From IMG/VR virus record IMGVR_UViG_3300025769_000006: a DNA stretch of 64,000 bases; one strand, written 5' to 3'. The DNA is from a virus. The translations under genes were made by a program, and so were the position numbers. Below are positions 28,963-39,087 of this stretch, in pieces. How positions within the stretch are numbered: the first letter of the stretch is position 1; every line of letters begins with the position of its first letter. The notes under the pieces are model-generated. The model was not told the DNA's origin and did no database searches. It saw nothing but the letters and a program-made list of their open reading frames with translations.

Positions 28963-31377
28963 TTATCTAGGATCAAATTGCTCTAATCCAAAACCTCCTA
29001 AATTGTCAAATCCTGCTGATTCAAAATCTTGAGGTAGTGTGTTGTTTTGTCTTTGATTTATTAGCTTTGACTCTTGAGTTCCTTGCATCTTTATTCTATT
29101 GTCTTTTCTATCTTCTATCTCTTGTTCTTTAGTTGTTTCAGCTCTAGATTTTATTTGTGCAAGCTGCATGTTGTAACTAAACTCTTCAGCCATTAAACCT
29201 TTTTTTATTTCTGCTTCTTGAAGCATTTTTTGCATTTCAAGTTGCATTTTAGAAGTTTCTATTTGTATAGTTGTTTCGGCTAAAGCTTGTTGTTTTTGCA
29301 TTTCTGCAGTTATAGCAGCTTCTGAAGCTTGAGCGTTAGCCTGCGCTTGAGCCTGAATATTAGCTTGTTGATTTGCTTGATCTTGTCTAGCTTTTGCTTT
29401 TCTTTTTTGTTTTAACAGAGCGTTTGCTAGTTTTATATTTTTTACTTGTCTAATGTCTATGGCATCATCTAAATCTATTCCACCTGACTGTAAAGCTATT
29501 TGTATGTTTTGCTCTAATTGAGCTTTAGCTTCTTCGTCTGGTTCTAATTCTAAGAATATTCCAAAATCTTGTAGATTTTTTTCTTGCAACTCCTCTAGTG
29601 TACCAGTATTGTACGATGATATAGAATCTATTAAAGCAGCTCTAGTTAACGGATATTCTAAAGCATCAGCTATTCTTAGCGCTATGTTTTCACAAGTTCT
29701 TAAAGTTAGATATAAACCACCTTGCATAACATGTCTTAGCGCTGTGTTTGAGTTTGCTGCAGCTAATTTCTGTAAACCTACAAGCGCATCTTTACTAGGC
29801 GTGCTAGCATCAGACGCTTCATTCAGACCTGTTACGTCGCGTATCATTTGTAAATAATACTGATATGTTTGTATTAAACTTTGTATTTTAGCACCACCAT
29901 TACTAGTTTGAAGTTCTTGAATAGGAACTTTACCTCTATTCAAATCACCATCTTGTGTCATAGATCTTCCAACTATAGAACCAGTTTGAAAATACATATT
30001 TAAAGCTTCAGAAGCGTTGTAGTTTGTGCCATTACCAAGATCAACCTCAGCTAAACCATCTACATCAACAAAAACCCCGTCTGGTACCATTCTAGATAGT
30101 ACTTGTTGTAGTTTTAAATGAGTAAGTTGTATTATGTCCGCAAAACCTGTTATTCTACTAACTGTAGACTCTATCATTCCTTTATACATTCTAGGAGCGC
30201 ATATAGAATAATTCATGTTAACTTTAGTTAGATTTGAATTTGGTCGCGTCATGTTTTCAGACATTTTCCACTCTAACATCATTTCATGTCCTAATATTTT
30301 AGCGCCAGTATATAAAACCTCTATACTTCTACCCACTCTTTCAAAGTTATCGTTTGGTTGTGGATTAAAAGTATCTGGCTTTTCTAATGCTTTTTCAAGA
30401 CCTTGATCAGTTTGTTTTATTTTAAATATTTGATTACTGTAAGTTTTGTATTCAAAATATAAAACTTGAACTTGATTATACGAATCTTGTTGCGCATAAA
30501 AGTTTCTAGTATAATTAGCGTCTCCAGGAAATTTTTCAATTTTTTCTAATTCAGCATCTGATAAACCAGGAAATTGCTTTTTTAATTCAACTAAACTTAT
30601 TGATTTAACTTCTCCAGCGTAATATATATCATCAAAATTTGGATCTTCTGTATAAGAATAAACTAAATTAGCAGGATCTACGTAGTTAACTGTAACGCCA
30701 TTAGCCAAATTAAAATCAGTTTTTACAGCTCCTATTCCTATTATAGTTAAATCTTGTATTAATCTCTTTTTTATTAAATCATATTTATTATAAGCTAAAA
30801 CATTTTCAATAGCCTCTTCTTCGGCTATTTCTATTGACTGTTTGTAGCTTAATTGCATGTGTAAGTCCAACTCCTGTTGAGTTTCAGGCAAATTGTCTGT
30901 GTCATTAGTGTTAAAGAAATTCATGCCTGTGGCTTGATTTGTAGCTTCAATTATTTCTTTAGCATACATATCACGCATTATAGCGTCTGCATATTTTGTT
31001 CTTTTCTTTAATGACTCTGGATCTTGAGCAAAAGCTTTAATATCAAATATTTTTTGCGACATTCCATTTACTATAATATCAACAAATTTTGGTATTATTG
31101 GAACAGGTTTCCAGTCTAAGTTTAAGTAAGATAAATCGCCATTGACAGCTAATTCATCTTTATATTTTTGAACAGGTTGTTCGCCTCTTGCGTAGAGTCT
31201 TAATCTGTGAAAGTTTAACCAACTATTTTGATATCTATTACCTAAACCCCCTCTATCTCCAGAAAACCACTCTCCTTCAATAGCTCTACCCACGGCGTAA
31301 CCATAATCATAACTTTGCTTTTCTTCATCAGATACAACCTGACTAGGAAACGAACCTGCGTAATTAGTGTAAATCAT
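28963..31377 (-). CDS. Portal protein (by position and size)
   Basis: 804-aa ORF whose start abuts the terminase stop. The C-terminus is Q/A-rich and low-complexity (QANQQANIQAQAQANAQAS). Confidence 0.7.
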   Translation of the reverse strand: MIYTNYAGSFPSQVVSDEEKQSYDYGYAVGRAIEGEWFSGDRGGLGNRYQNSWLNFHRLRLYARGEQPVQKYKDELAVNGDLSYLNLDWKPVPIIPKFVDIIVNGMSQKIFDIKAFAQDPESLKKRTKYADAIMRDMYAKEIIEATNQATGMNFFNTNDTDNLPETQQELDLHMQLSYKQSIEIAEEEAIENVLAYNKYDLIKKRLIQDLTIIGIGAVKTDFNLANGVTVNYVDPANLVYSYTEDPNFDDIYYAGEVKSISLVELKKQFPGLSDAELEKIEKFPGDANYTRNFYAQQDSYNQVQVLYFEYKTYSNQIFKIKQTDQGLEKALEKPDTFNPQPNDNFERVGRSIEVLYTGAKILGHEMMLEWKMSENMTRPNSNLTKVNMNYSICAPRMYKGMIESTVSRITGFADIIQLTHLKLQQVLSRMVPDGVFVDVDGLAEVDLGNGTNYNASEALNMYFQTGSIVGRSMTQDGDLNRGKVPIQELQTSNGGAKIQSLIQTYQYYLQMIRDVTGLNEASDASTPSKDALVGLQKLAAANSNTALRHVMQGGLYLTLRTCENIALRIADALEYPLTRAALIDSISSYNTGTLEELQEKNLQDFGIFLELEPDEEAKAQLEQNIQIALQSGGIDLDDAIDIRQVKNIKLANALLKQKRKAKARQDQANQQANIQAQAQANAQASEAAITAEMQKQQALAETTIQIETSKMQLEMQKMLQEAEIKKGLMAEEFSYNMQLAQIKSRAETTKEQEIEDRKDNRIKMQGTQESKLINQRQNNTLPQDFESAGFDNLGGFGLEQFDPR

Positions 31378-33588
31378 TTATCTTATTATTTTTGAACTAA
31401 ATCCTTTATTATCGTATTTTTTAAAACCTAAATTTTTAACTTCTACTTTTCTTTTAAATACAGGTGTATATAGGTTTTTGTTGCAGGCCATTATAGCTAA
31501 ACCTGAACTTATGGAAGCATCATGCTTTGTTCTATTATTTATATCAAATCTCGACCAATCTTCTAATGTTTTTTGAAAATACATATCACCATATTTTTCC
31601 CCTAAATTACCAACATAAGTTTCTATATAAGATTCTATAGCTGCGGCGTGGGCTTGTTTTATGTCTTGGCTAGAATTAGGTATACCACCTATTTCTCTTT
31701 CTGTAACTGACAACTTCATATATACTTTATCCGGTCTATTCATAGAGTAACCTCTATAACCTCTTCTTTTGAAATGGTATAATAATCTTGGTTTATTATT
31801 TTCAGCTAATATTGGCATACCATAAAATATACAAGCCATAAGTACATCTTCAAAAAATATTTCAGCTGTTTGAGGTCTAGCTATATATTCTAAAAAAAAC
31901 ATACTATTTGGTGCATCTTCCATTGAAAATTTAGTTAAACCGTGTAGTGAACCGTTTGAACCTCTAGAATCTACCGTACCTGATATATCATATGGGTCAC
32001 AGCCAAAAGCACCAATATGCTCATTTCCTGGATATTTAATACCGTTTTTATTTATTACTACGTTTTGTAATCTTACAGGAGGTACCCAAGATATGTTAAA
32101 TCTTCCATTTTTATTAGGAACAAATAAAACTTTACTGTCTTTAATTCCATTTTGCCATTGAAAAGATCCTTTGGTAATAAGCAATTCGTTTTTAACGTCT
32201 TGATTAAAATCTATTTGCTCATATATTTTTGTTAAATTAAATAAAGACTGTTTTGCCTCATCTCTAAAGGCGTGTTGTTCAGTTCTTGGAAACTGTCTAT
32301 AAAATTCGTTTAAAGCATCTTGATCTTTTTTTAATCCATCAACTTCATTTTGCCAATACTCTAATACACCTATTTTTATTTTTTTTCCGTGCGGACCTTG
32401 CGTATCTTTATTTGGAGTTTCGAAGACAGGTAAGCCATAAGAATCAATGTAGCCTTCGTAGTTCCATTCCATAGGTATGAACAAAGAATATAATCCTGAG
32501 CGAGTCTCTCCATTGGCGTTTCTTTCTCTGACATCTGAATCATTATATAGTTTTTTAAAATTACTACCACCTTTATCTAAAGCATTAGATGTTGATCCCA
32601 TCATGCATTTACCTATAATTCTTCCACCTAATCTTAAACAAGTTTTTGTAACTCTCCAGTTATTTAATATGTTATTAGGTTTTTCCCACTTACCACTTTC
32701 ATCGTGGACAAGTAGTTTTAATTTTTCACCATCATAAGAGTTATCACCAGTATTTTTCCAATCTATTGTTGTGTCAAGCCCGTCAAGTTCTTGAACTTTT
32801 TGGTTTGTTTCAAGTTTTCTTCTTGTGTATTTTGTTGCTGGTACTCTATAGGCAAGCTCTGTTTTTGGCCTGTCCATACCGTCCTGGATGGGTTTGAAAA
32901 AGAACGGGTAGTTGACTGATATTGGTACGACTTTGTCTGTGAACATTTTCTTAGCATCGGGACCAGATTTGGACAAGATACCATACCGTGCATCTGACGT
33001 AATTGTTGCCATATTAACGGTTTCTGCTGAAGACATAAAAGAAAATCCGGAGCGTCTGTTTTTAAGATAACACATTCCATAACATCGTGAGTCTGCTTTA
33101 CAAGCTTCCCAGAAAATGTAGAATAATCTATTTGATTCCCTAAAGTCTGGCTGCCCAACGTCAATTTTGCTCCACTGCAAGTACATAAAGTGAGTACCAG
33201 TAATGTAAGTAGCCACGCTCTTATTATAGAACCAAAAGCCTTGTTCTCTTTTATTAAATTCATTATCAATGTAATCATACCATTTTTCTTTAAAATCTAA
33301 AGGATATTGCTCCCAATCAAAAACTGATTTTATTTTTTTTAATTCTTTTGGATATTCAGTATATTCCCACGTGTTAGAATCAAAAGAATAAACATTGTTT
33401 GATTTAGGTAAAGCAATTTTTAGATTTTGTATTTCATATATTTCTCCAACAGTACCGTCTTTACTTATAACTACGACATCGTGTTCATCATTATAACCAT
33501 ACTCCCATTTTTTATACCTATTCATTCTTTTGAGAACTTTAGGTTTAATATGGTCTTTTAAAACTTTATACAAACTTTGCTCGTGCAT
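31378..33588 (-). CDS. terL: Terminase large subunit
   Basis: CYLKNRRSGFSF (Walker A-like) and KLLVHDESGKW (Walker B/coupling). 736 aa, immediately upstream of the portal. Confidence 0.8.
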   Translation of the reverse strand: MHEQSLYKVLKDHIKPKVLKRMNRYKKWEYGYNDEHDVVVISKDGTVGEIYEIQNLKIALPKSNNVYSFDSNTWEYTEYPKELKKIKSVFDWEQYPLDFKEKWYDYIDNEFNKREQGFWFYNKSVATYITGTHFMYLQWSKIDVGQPDFRESNRLFYIFWEACKADSRCYGMCYLKNRRSGFSFMSSAETVNMATITSDARYGILSKSGPDAKKMFTDKVVPISVNYPFFFKPIQDGMDRPKTELAYRVPATKYTRRKLETNQKVQELDGLDTTIDWKNTGDNSYDGEKLKLLVHDESGKWEKPNNILNNWRVTKTCLRLGGRIIGKCMMGSTSNALDKGGSNFKKLYNDSDVRERNANGETRSGLYSLFIPMEWNYEGYIDSYGLPVFETPNKDTQGPHGKKIKIGVLEYWQNEVDGLKKDQDALNEFYRQFPRTEQHAFRDEAKQSLFNLTKIYEQIDFNQDVKNELLITKGSFQWQNGIKDSKVLFVPNKNGRFNISWVPPVRLQNVVINKNGIKYPGNEHIGAFGCDPYDISGTVDSRGSNGSLHGLTKFSMEDAPNSMFFLEYIARPQTAEIFFEDVLMACIFYGMPILAENNKPRLLYHFKRRGYRGYSMNRPDKVYMKLSVTEREIGGIPNSSQDIKQAHAAAIESYIETYVGNLGEKYGDMYFQKTLEDWSRFDINNRTKHDASISSGLAIMACNKNLYTPVFKRKVEVKNLGFKKYDNKGFSSKIIR

Positions 33589-33863
33589 TACTTAGCTCTT
33601 CCTTCTGCAAAACCACTAAAAGATTTTTCTTCTTTTATTTCTTTTGGTTTTTCGTTTAACAAGTTTTCTTCTTCTTCAATGCGACTTAAAATTTCAAAAG
33701 CATCAAATATAGCTAATTTTTTAGTTGCAGCCGCGTTTTTTAAACGATCAGCAGATATATCATCATCTGAATCAACAATAGCTTCTTTAGCTACTTTTAT
33801 TAATTCTTCAACTGCTTTTTGACCAGCTTGGATTATATTCTTCTTCGTCTCCTTTGTATTCAT
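33588..33863 (-). CDS. Small acidic helical protein upstream of terL (small-terminase candidate by position only)
   Basis: 91-aa ORF whose stop overlaps the terL start. Confidence 0.3.
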   Translation of the reverse strand: MNTKETKKNIIQAGQKAVEELIKVAKEAIVDSDDDISADRLKNAAATKKLAIFDAFEILSRIEEEENLLNEKPKEIKEEKSFSGFAEGRAK

Positions 33864-34413
33864 ATTTAATTACAATATCATTTGATTTCATGCAGTATAG
33901 TCTTTTATTTTCAACTAAAAACTCCCATTCACCGTCCGGTTTATAACCAACAAGGTCTCCTTCGTTTATTTCTAGCGATTCTAAGGACTTATTTCCGTAT
34001 TTTAATATACCAATAAGCTTTCGCTCTTTATCAGTTACTAGATGGTTATTATTTTTTATTGGTTGTATAAAACATCTTTCACCAAAAGAGTTGTAACCAC
34101 TTTTATTTTTGTATAAATAAATTTGGTCTATTGAGCAGAAATATAAATCATCTTTAAAGTAAGATCTTGATTTTTTCTTTTTGCCTTTCATGTCGTAAAA
34201 TGTTCTAAAAACATTTTGATGAACAATAACTGTGTCACCTTTTTTTATTGGCGTTTTAAAAGCTTTAGGTGTTTCTATTACTTCTGCAAACCTGTTCACA
34301 AACTTCCAACTTTCAATTTTACTATTTAATATTAACTTTTTTTTGTCAATATTAATTTCATTATTGTAAGTTTCACCTATAGGTTTTACAATAAAATCAT
34401 ACAGACTTTTCAT
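33808..34413 (-). CDS. Hypothetical protein
   Basis: 201-aa ORF on the coding strand of the late block. Confidence 0.5.
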   Translation of the reverse strand: MKSLYDFIVKPIGETYNNEINIDKKKLILNSKIESWKFVNRFAEVIETPKAFKTPIKKGDTVIVHQNVFRTFYDMKGKKKKSRSYFKDDLYFCSIDQIYLYKNKSGYNSFGERCFIQPIKNNNHLVTDKERKLIGILKYGNKSLESLEINEGDLVGYKPDGEWEFLVENKRLYCMKSNDIVIKYEYKGDEEEYNPSWSKSS

Positions 34414-34640
34414 TAGTATTCTAAATCATACTCAACTGATATAGCCATGTTAGAATTAAATTTCTTCCATGGCAATACCTCGTTGTTCTTTTTTATGTGT
34501 ATGTTGTAAGAATTATCAAATTCATCTAATAATATATGTGATATCTCGTGACCACCATAAACTATTTGACCAACAGAATAATGCATTGCGTCATTTTTAT
34601 AATCAGAACCAATGCTTATTTTTCTTATATTACTCGTCAT
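34413..34640 (-). CDS. Hypothetical protein
   Basis: 75-aa ORF with coupled start/stop overlaps on both sides. Confidence 0.45.
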   Translation of the reverse strand: MTSNIRKISIGSDYKNDAMHYSVGQIVYGGHEISHILLDEFDNSYNIHIKKNNEVLPWKKFNSNMAISVEYDLEY

Positions 34641-34881
34641 TTTCTTTTTCTATTGGTGTTATAACGCCTGTCGATAAATCTATATTAATAGAACCATATT
34701 CATTTTCTAGTTCTTTTTTAGTAGATTCAATTTCATCACTGAGTATTTTTACTCTAGAATGTAAATTCATTTTTTGAACATCTAAAATACCTAAACTTTT
34801 AAGCATTTCACCTATATCAGATTGCTGCTTATTTAGTAATTCTAATTGTTCTTTTTTGAGTTTTTTAACTTTTTTAGCCAT
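34630..34881 (-). CDS. Hypothetical coiled-coil protein
   Basis: 83-aa ORF, K/E-rich. Confidence 0.45.
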   Translation of the reverse strand: MAKKVKKLKKEQLELLNKQQSDIGEMLKSLGILDVQKMNLHSRVKILSDEIESTKKELENEYGSINIDLSTGVITPIEKENDE

Positions 34882-34907
34882 AATTTGATTTAATTTAATT
34901 TAAAAAT

Positions 34908-34924
34908 GTATAGATTTTCTATAC
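34908..34924 (-). terminator. AT-rich hairpin after the 34926 gene
   Basis: GTATAGA-TTT-TCTATAC, a 7-bp perfect stem directly after the stop and followed on the transcribed strand by ATTTTTA. Confidence 0.35.
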
Positions 34925-34925
34925 T

Positions 34926-35237
34926 TTATTTTCCTGCTACAAGATCGGTTGCCGTAGTAGCGTTAGACAAGACGTAATCAACAACCACAGGAAACCACTC
35001 TCCTTGCGGTACATTTTTAAACGTAATTGCTTGAGCTAAACCAGGTAAACCAGAACCACTAGATCCAACAGATCCAGCGGGAATTACTTGAAGGTCTTTA
35101 TTAGTTCCAGTGCTCGTTCCTACATATATAATTGATCCATTTAATGAATTTGCCGCGGTTAAAGAAGCTGCAGCAACTGGTGTTACAGTTTTTATGTCGT
35201 TAGTTATAAAATCAGGTTGATTTCCGTATTGTCCCAT
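34926..35237 (-). CDS. Hypothetical Gly/Ser/Thr/Ala-rich protein
   Basis: 103-aa ORF followed by a hairpin. Confidence 0.5.
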   Translation of the reverse strand: MGQYGNQPDFITNDIKTVTPVAAASLTAANSLNGSIIYVGTSTGTNKDLQVIPAGSVGSSGSGLPGLAQAITFKNVPQGEWFPVVVDYVLSNATTATDLVAGK

Positions 35238-35240
35238 TAT

Positions 35241-35642
35241 TTAATCTTTTTTGTTTGTTATTTTTTTTGCTTTTTCCCAAGTTCTACCCACAAAGTAAGC
35301 TCCATAGACTGTAACAAGAAGAGTTTGAAATATTGGGATATACTCTTCTGCTATTTTAAATTCACCTATATTACCATGAAAAAAAGCACAAGCTGTAAAT
35401 ATTACTGTTAGGTATATTAAGACCATAGGGCGTATATTTTTAGATAGTTTACTATCTGACGCCATGTCTGCTTGCCACCTTGCTGTAACTTGCTCTTGTG
35501 CTTCTTTGTCGGCTTTTTCTAATATTTCTGTAATAAGGCGCTGAGCTTCAAGCTTTTCCTCTTTAGTTGTTGTAAGATTATCTAAAACCTCGCCAACTTC
35601 TTTTATGACGGAACCTGTAAGCCATTGCCAAATTTTTTTCAT
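35241..35642 (-). CDS. Holin-like protein (3TM holin / DUF3154-like)
   Basis: N-terminal amphipathic helix, then ARWQADMASDSKLSKNIRPMVLIYLTVIFTACAFF and a further hydrophobic segment. The W-x-x-D...S-x-L-x-x-x-RP motif is typical of that holin family. Confidence 0.55.
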   Translation of the reverse strand: MKKIWQWLTGSVIKEVGEVLDNLTTTKEEKLEAQRLITEILEKADKEAQEQVTARWQADMASDSKLSKNIRPMVLIYLTVIFTACAFFHGNIGEFKIAEEYIPIFQTLLVTVYGAYFVGRTWEKAKKITNKKD

Positions 35643-36037
35643 TATATTTCTTTTCTTTTATAATAGTATGTAAAATTATAATCTCCTTTAAAAACAACTT
35701 TTAATTTGTTTTCTTCTACTAACTCATATGTTGTTTCAAAATAAGCGCTTTCGTTTTGATTATACCAATATAAAATAATTCCTTTTAATTTACCGTTTTC
35801 TTTACCGGTATATCTTATTGGTAAATATTTATATGATTTTGTTTTACAATTGTAATAATCTAAGGTTTCAACTTCTTTGTATTGCCAAAAAACTAGTTTT
35901 TTTTGAGCTTTATTAAAATATATTCTAAGATTTATTTCTGATTTTTCAGTAACCCAATGACCTTTGAATTTATTATAATCTTGAGCTTTTACACTAAAAA
36001 AACAAAATAATAATAAAATTAATAATATTTTTTTCAT
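35642..36037 (-). CDS. Secreted protein with a signal peptide (hypothetical)
   Basis: MKKILLILLLFCFFSVKAQ signal sequence. 131 aa. Confidence 0.55.
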   Translation of the reverse strand: MKKILLILLLFCFFSVKAQDYNKFKGHWVTEKSEINLRIYFNKAQKKLVFWQYKEVETLDYYNCKTKSYKYLPIRYTGKENGKLKGIILYWYNQNESAYFETTYELVEENKLKVVFKGDYNFTYYYKRKEI

Positions 36038-36087
36038 ATAATTATATTTAATAGTTATATTTATATAATTACATGTTTTATAATTAT

Positions 36088-37614
36088 TTACGCAAAAGAA
36101 CCAAAATCATCAGATTCAAAAAGTTTATTCATTTTTAACTCATCAAATCTAGTTTTTCCAGGATTTTTTTTATTATTAGAGGCAACTGTGTTTAAAGCAT
36201 CTATTAAACTATCTTGATCAAACGTTCTATAAAACTCAGTTTGCTCTAAGTTATTTTCTTTTATTCTTTTTTCTAGCTTTTCTTTGTCAAACTGCTCTCC
36301 AGGTTCCATATTCAAAGCTCTTCTAAATTGATGAAAATTATTGTAAAGCTCTCCATATTGGGTAAAATAATCTTTTAGTTGTGTTGTTGGACCTGCTTTT
36401 AATCTTAGTTTAGATCTTAAATAAGGGTCCATAGCGTGATCTCTACCTGACTTATGTAATATTTCATGCTCACCAACATTAACACCACTTAGTAATGCTC
36501 TATTGTATTCATCTTCACCTCCGTAATTATCGTAAGAAAGATCTCTACCTACGCCTGGTATAAGCTGTTCATTTATTATAATATCACCAGTAGAAGAAAT
36601 TGAACCACCTCCACCAAATCCACTTCTAGGGTTTAAAAGGTTTCTTAAATCACTATTTAAAACATCAGATTTAGCTTGACCGTAGTTACCCGTAGACATT
36701 ACCTTTGGTTGTATTCCTAAATTGCTAACCATTCTATTTATAGATATATCCATGTCCATTTCACTAGCTAATTCACCTGCTTTTTCTACATTTTCGCCAA
36801 ACATTTGAGAGTTTAAATCGTCACCATATCTAACATTTTTTCTGTTAAAATCAACAGGTAATGAACCTAGTTTTTGAGCTTGCTGTGGATATCTTTCTCT
36901 AGTTACTGGGTGATTAGCCCAATCTAAAGCTTGTTGCGCAGATTGTATTAAATATTGATTAGCAGGATCTTCCATGTCTAAACCACTATTTTCTAATTTA
37001 TTTTGAAAATATTTTTCTTTTTCCTCTTGGCTCATTCCGTATAAAGATAATTCAATGTTTGGATCTTCGACATTAAATCTTTGATCCGTATAACCAATAG
37101 CGTATTCCATATCTGGAGACCAACTTTGATCTTGTAAATTAGAAAGTTCATAACCAGTACTTACATATGGATTTCTTGGTTTACTTCTGTCAGAAACATA
37201 ATCTTTATCTTTAGTTTCATCTTTTTTAAGACCATAGTAAGCTTGGGTAGGTGTTAAACCAAATTGACCACTAAACGCATAAGATTCTAATTCTTCATTA
37301 CTAGCATTTGGGTTTTTCTTTTTTAACTCATCTAGTATGTAGTTTCTATAATCTTCAGTCATTCTCTGCCTTTCGCTGTATCTTTTTTTTGCTTCTTCAG
37401 CTTCTGGCTTTAAACTTAATTTTTTACCTTCAACATCCCTTAAATCTTCTTTTAGAATAAACTTAGGCTTATTAACTCTAGTATTATCTACTTGAACGTT
37501 TGGTCTTCTTTTGTCTGTTGGATTGATTGGGTGTTGAGTACCATCATGAAACTTTATAGGGCTGTTGTTTACACCACCTTTTAAATTCTTAAAATAACCT
37601 TTTTTTAATCCCAT
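36088..37614 (-). CDS. HExxH (zincin-like) protein with an N-terminal SPIK motif
   Basis: VNVGEHEILHKSGRDH motif near residue 395. N-terminus GGVNNSPIKFHDG. 508 aa. Confidence 0.5.
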   Translation of the reverse strand: MGLKKGYFKNLKGGVNNSPIKFHDGTQHPINPTDKRRPNVQVDNTRVNKPKFILKEDLRDVEGKKLSLKPEAEEAKKRYSERQRMTEDYRNYILDELKKKNPNASNEELESYAFSGQFGLTPTQAYYGLKKDETKDKDYVSDRSKPRNPYVSTGYELSNLQDQSWSPDMEYAIGYTDQRFNVEDPNIELSLYGMSQEEKEKYFQNKLENSGLDMEDPANQYLIQSAQQALDWANHPVTRERYPQQAQKLGSLPVDFNRKNVRYGDDLNSQMFGENVEKAGELASEMDMDISINRMVSNLGIQPKVMSTGNYGQAKSDVLNSDLRNLLNPRSGFGGGGSISSTGDIIINEQLIPGVGRDLSYDNYGGEDEYNRALLSGVNVGEHEILHKSGRDHAMDPYLRSKLRLKAGPTTQLKDYFTQYGELYNNFHQFRRALNMEPGEQFDKEKLEKRIKENNLEQTEFYRTFDQDSLIDALNTVASNNKKNPGKTRFDELKMNKLFESDDFGSFA

Positions 37615-37616
37615 AA

Positions 37617-38084
37617 CTAAGCATTTTTAGTTTTATCGTAAGCTTCTTTTTCCCAAGGTAAATTTTTAGCTCCTTCGTTCATTTGAGATCTAGGATATTT
37701 TTTACCTTCCCAATAAACATTATCATCATCATAAGCAAGTCGACGATCTTTTATTTGCTTAATATGAATCATTTCATGATCTATAACGTCTTGTTTTTGC
37801 TTTAGGTCTGTTATGTCTTTGTTTATAAGTATAGTACCATTATTAGTAGCCATACCTAAAGTATCATCACCCATATCGACATGCATTATAGGTGTATTGT
37901 ATTCTTCTTTAATATATGGAGACCCTTTCATTTTAAAACCCATTTTTAAAGGAGAAGTTCTTTTCTTTTTAGCTGCTTTTAATGAAGCGTCATTTCCAGT
38001 TCCAGAGCCAGATCTTTTTCTTGCTTTATTCCAGTTTTCGCTGTGCATTAAAGAACTCCAACAGTGTTTTATAGGTGAACCCAT
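37617..38084 (-). CDS. Small DUF4157-like zincin protein with SP[IL]K motifs
   Basis: GMATNNGTILINKD...VIDHEMIHIKQ fits the DUF4157 pattern (short beta region followed by HExxHxxQ). N-terminus MGSPIKHCWSS, plus TSPLKMGFKMKGSPYIK. Confidence 0.55.
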   Translation of the reverse strand: MGSPIKHCWSSLMHSENWNKARKRSGSGTGNDASLKAAKKKRTSPLKMGFKMKGSPYIKEEYNTPIMHVDMGDDTLGMATNNGTILINKDITDLKQKQDVIDHEMIHIKQIKDRRLAYDDDNVYWEGKKYPRSQMNEGAKNLPWEKEAYDKTKNA

Positions 38085-38106
38085 ATATTGTTTTTTTATA
38101 AATAAA

Positions 38107-38130
38107 CCCCGCGACTATTAAGCCGCGAGG
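38107..38130 (-). terminator. Intrinsic terminator after the 137-aa Ala-rich protein gene
   Basis: On the transcribed strand: CCUCGCGGC-UUAAUA-GUCGCGGGG (9 pairs including 2 G:U), followed by UUUAUUUAU. Confidence 0.6.
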
Positions 38131-38154
38131 ATATATTTAATTGTTGATTAATTT

Positions 38155-38568
38155 TTATACGTCGTCAACAGTTCCAACGGACCAAGTTGACCAGTACATT
38201 TGCTTTGGTGTAGCAGCTTGATCTTTTCCTAATTGAGCTGTAGATACAACTCCACCTGGATTAGCAGTCATAGCTGAAAAGATAGCTTTGTCTGGAGCGT
38301 AAGCACCGTCTGTAATAGTTGGTACTCCAGCACTTCCATCTTTTGTTGTTGTAACTGTAGCTGTTAAAACTCTTGCAGAGATACCTGCAGAAGCGGCATC
38401 TACTCCAAAACCACCAGCAGCAGCAGTTAAAACTGCAGTTACAACACCTGTTGAAGCATTGTAAGATACATCTCCAATGTGGTCAACATTGATTAATTTT
38501 GTACCTTGAGTTAGTAAAGCAGCTGCATCAGCAGTGTTTACCACGTTAAATTTAATGAATTTTGCCAT
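38155..38568 (-). CDS. Ala/Thr/Gly-rich small protein, probably abundant (structural or decoration candidate)
   Basis: 137 aa, with its own (CAAAA)n leader upstream and a GC-rich terminator downstream. Confidence 0.5.
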   Translation of the reverse strand: MAKFIKFNVVNTADAAALLTQGTKLINVDHIGDVSYNASTGVVTAVLTAAAGGFGVDAASAGISARVLTATVTTTKDGSAGVPTITDGAYAPDKAIFSAMTANPGGVVSTAQLGKDQAATPKQMYWSTWSVGTVDDV

Positions 38569-38628
38569 TTTGTTTTGTTTTGTTTTTGTTAATGATTTGT
38601 TTGACTTGGGTTTTACAGTTCCCTACTG

Positions 38629-39087
38629 TTATCCTTTTAATCCAAATTCAAGTCCTTTGTCAACTTTCATTTTTAAAGCGTGAATCTTTTTAAGCATGAT
38701 AGGATCTCCTTTCATCATAGCTGGATCATTAGCATCACCCATTGCGTTATAAGCTCCAGACATGTCTTTAATGTCGTCTGAATCAGCTAAGTTTTTTATA
38801 GGCATTGTTTTGCCGTCTACTTCCATTGTTGTTGCATCTGGATTTTTCTTTAATGTTTCAGCTTTTATAAAGCCTAAGTTTTTAGGAGCGTGATCCATTT
38901 TGGCAGCTGGTTCTCCGTACATTTTAGCGACGCAATGTTTTTTAGCCGGATGACTATGCTTGTCATGCTCACTGTTTTCTAAATAATGTAGTCTAGCGTT
39001 TGCAGTAAGATCTTTGTTATAAGCTTCTCTAGCATCATATTTTTGCCCCGAAGAATATCTCGGGTGATTTCCTGAATAATTTCCCAT
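38629..39087 (-). CDS. Hypothetical His/Lys/Met-rich protein
   Basis: 152-aa ORF with a (CAAAA)-type leader. Confidence 0.5.
   Translation of the reverse strand: MGNYSGNHPRYSSGQKYDAREAYNKDLTANARLHYLENSEHDKHSHPAKKHCVAKMYGEPAAKMDHAPKNLGFIKAETLKKNPDATTMEVDGKTMPIKNLADSDDIKDMSGAYNAMGDANDPAMMKGDPIMLKKIHALKMKVDKGLEFGLKG

Noticed and set aside
29290-29400. Low-complexity GCTTGAGC/GCTTG-rich DNA in the portal gene, considered as a DNA repeat element.
   Set aside because: It simply encodes the Q/A-rich tail of the portal protein (QANQQANIQAQAQANAQAS). It is not an independent repeat feature.
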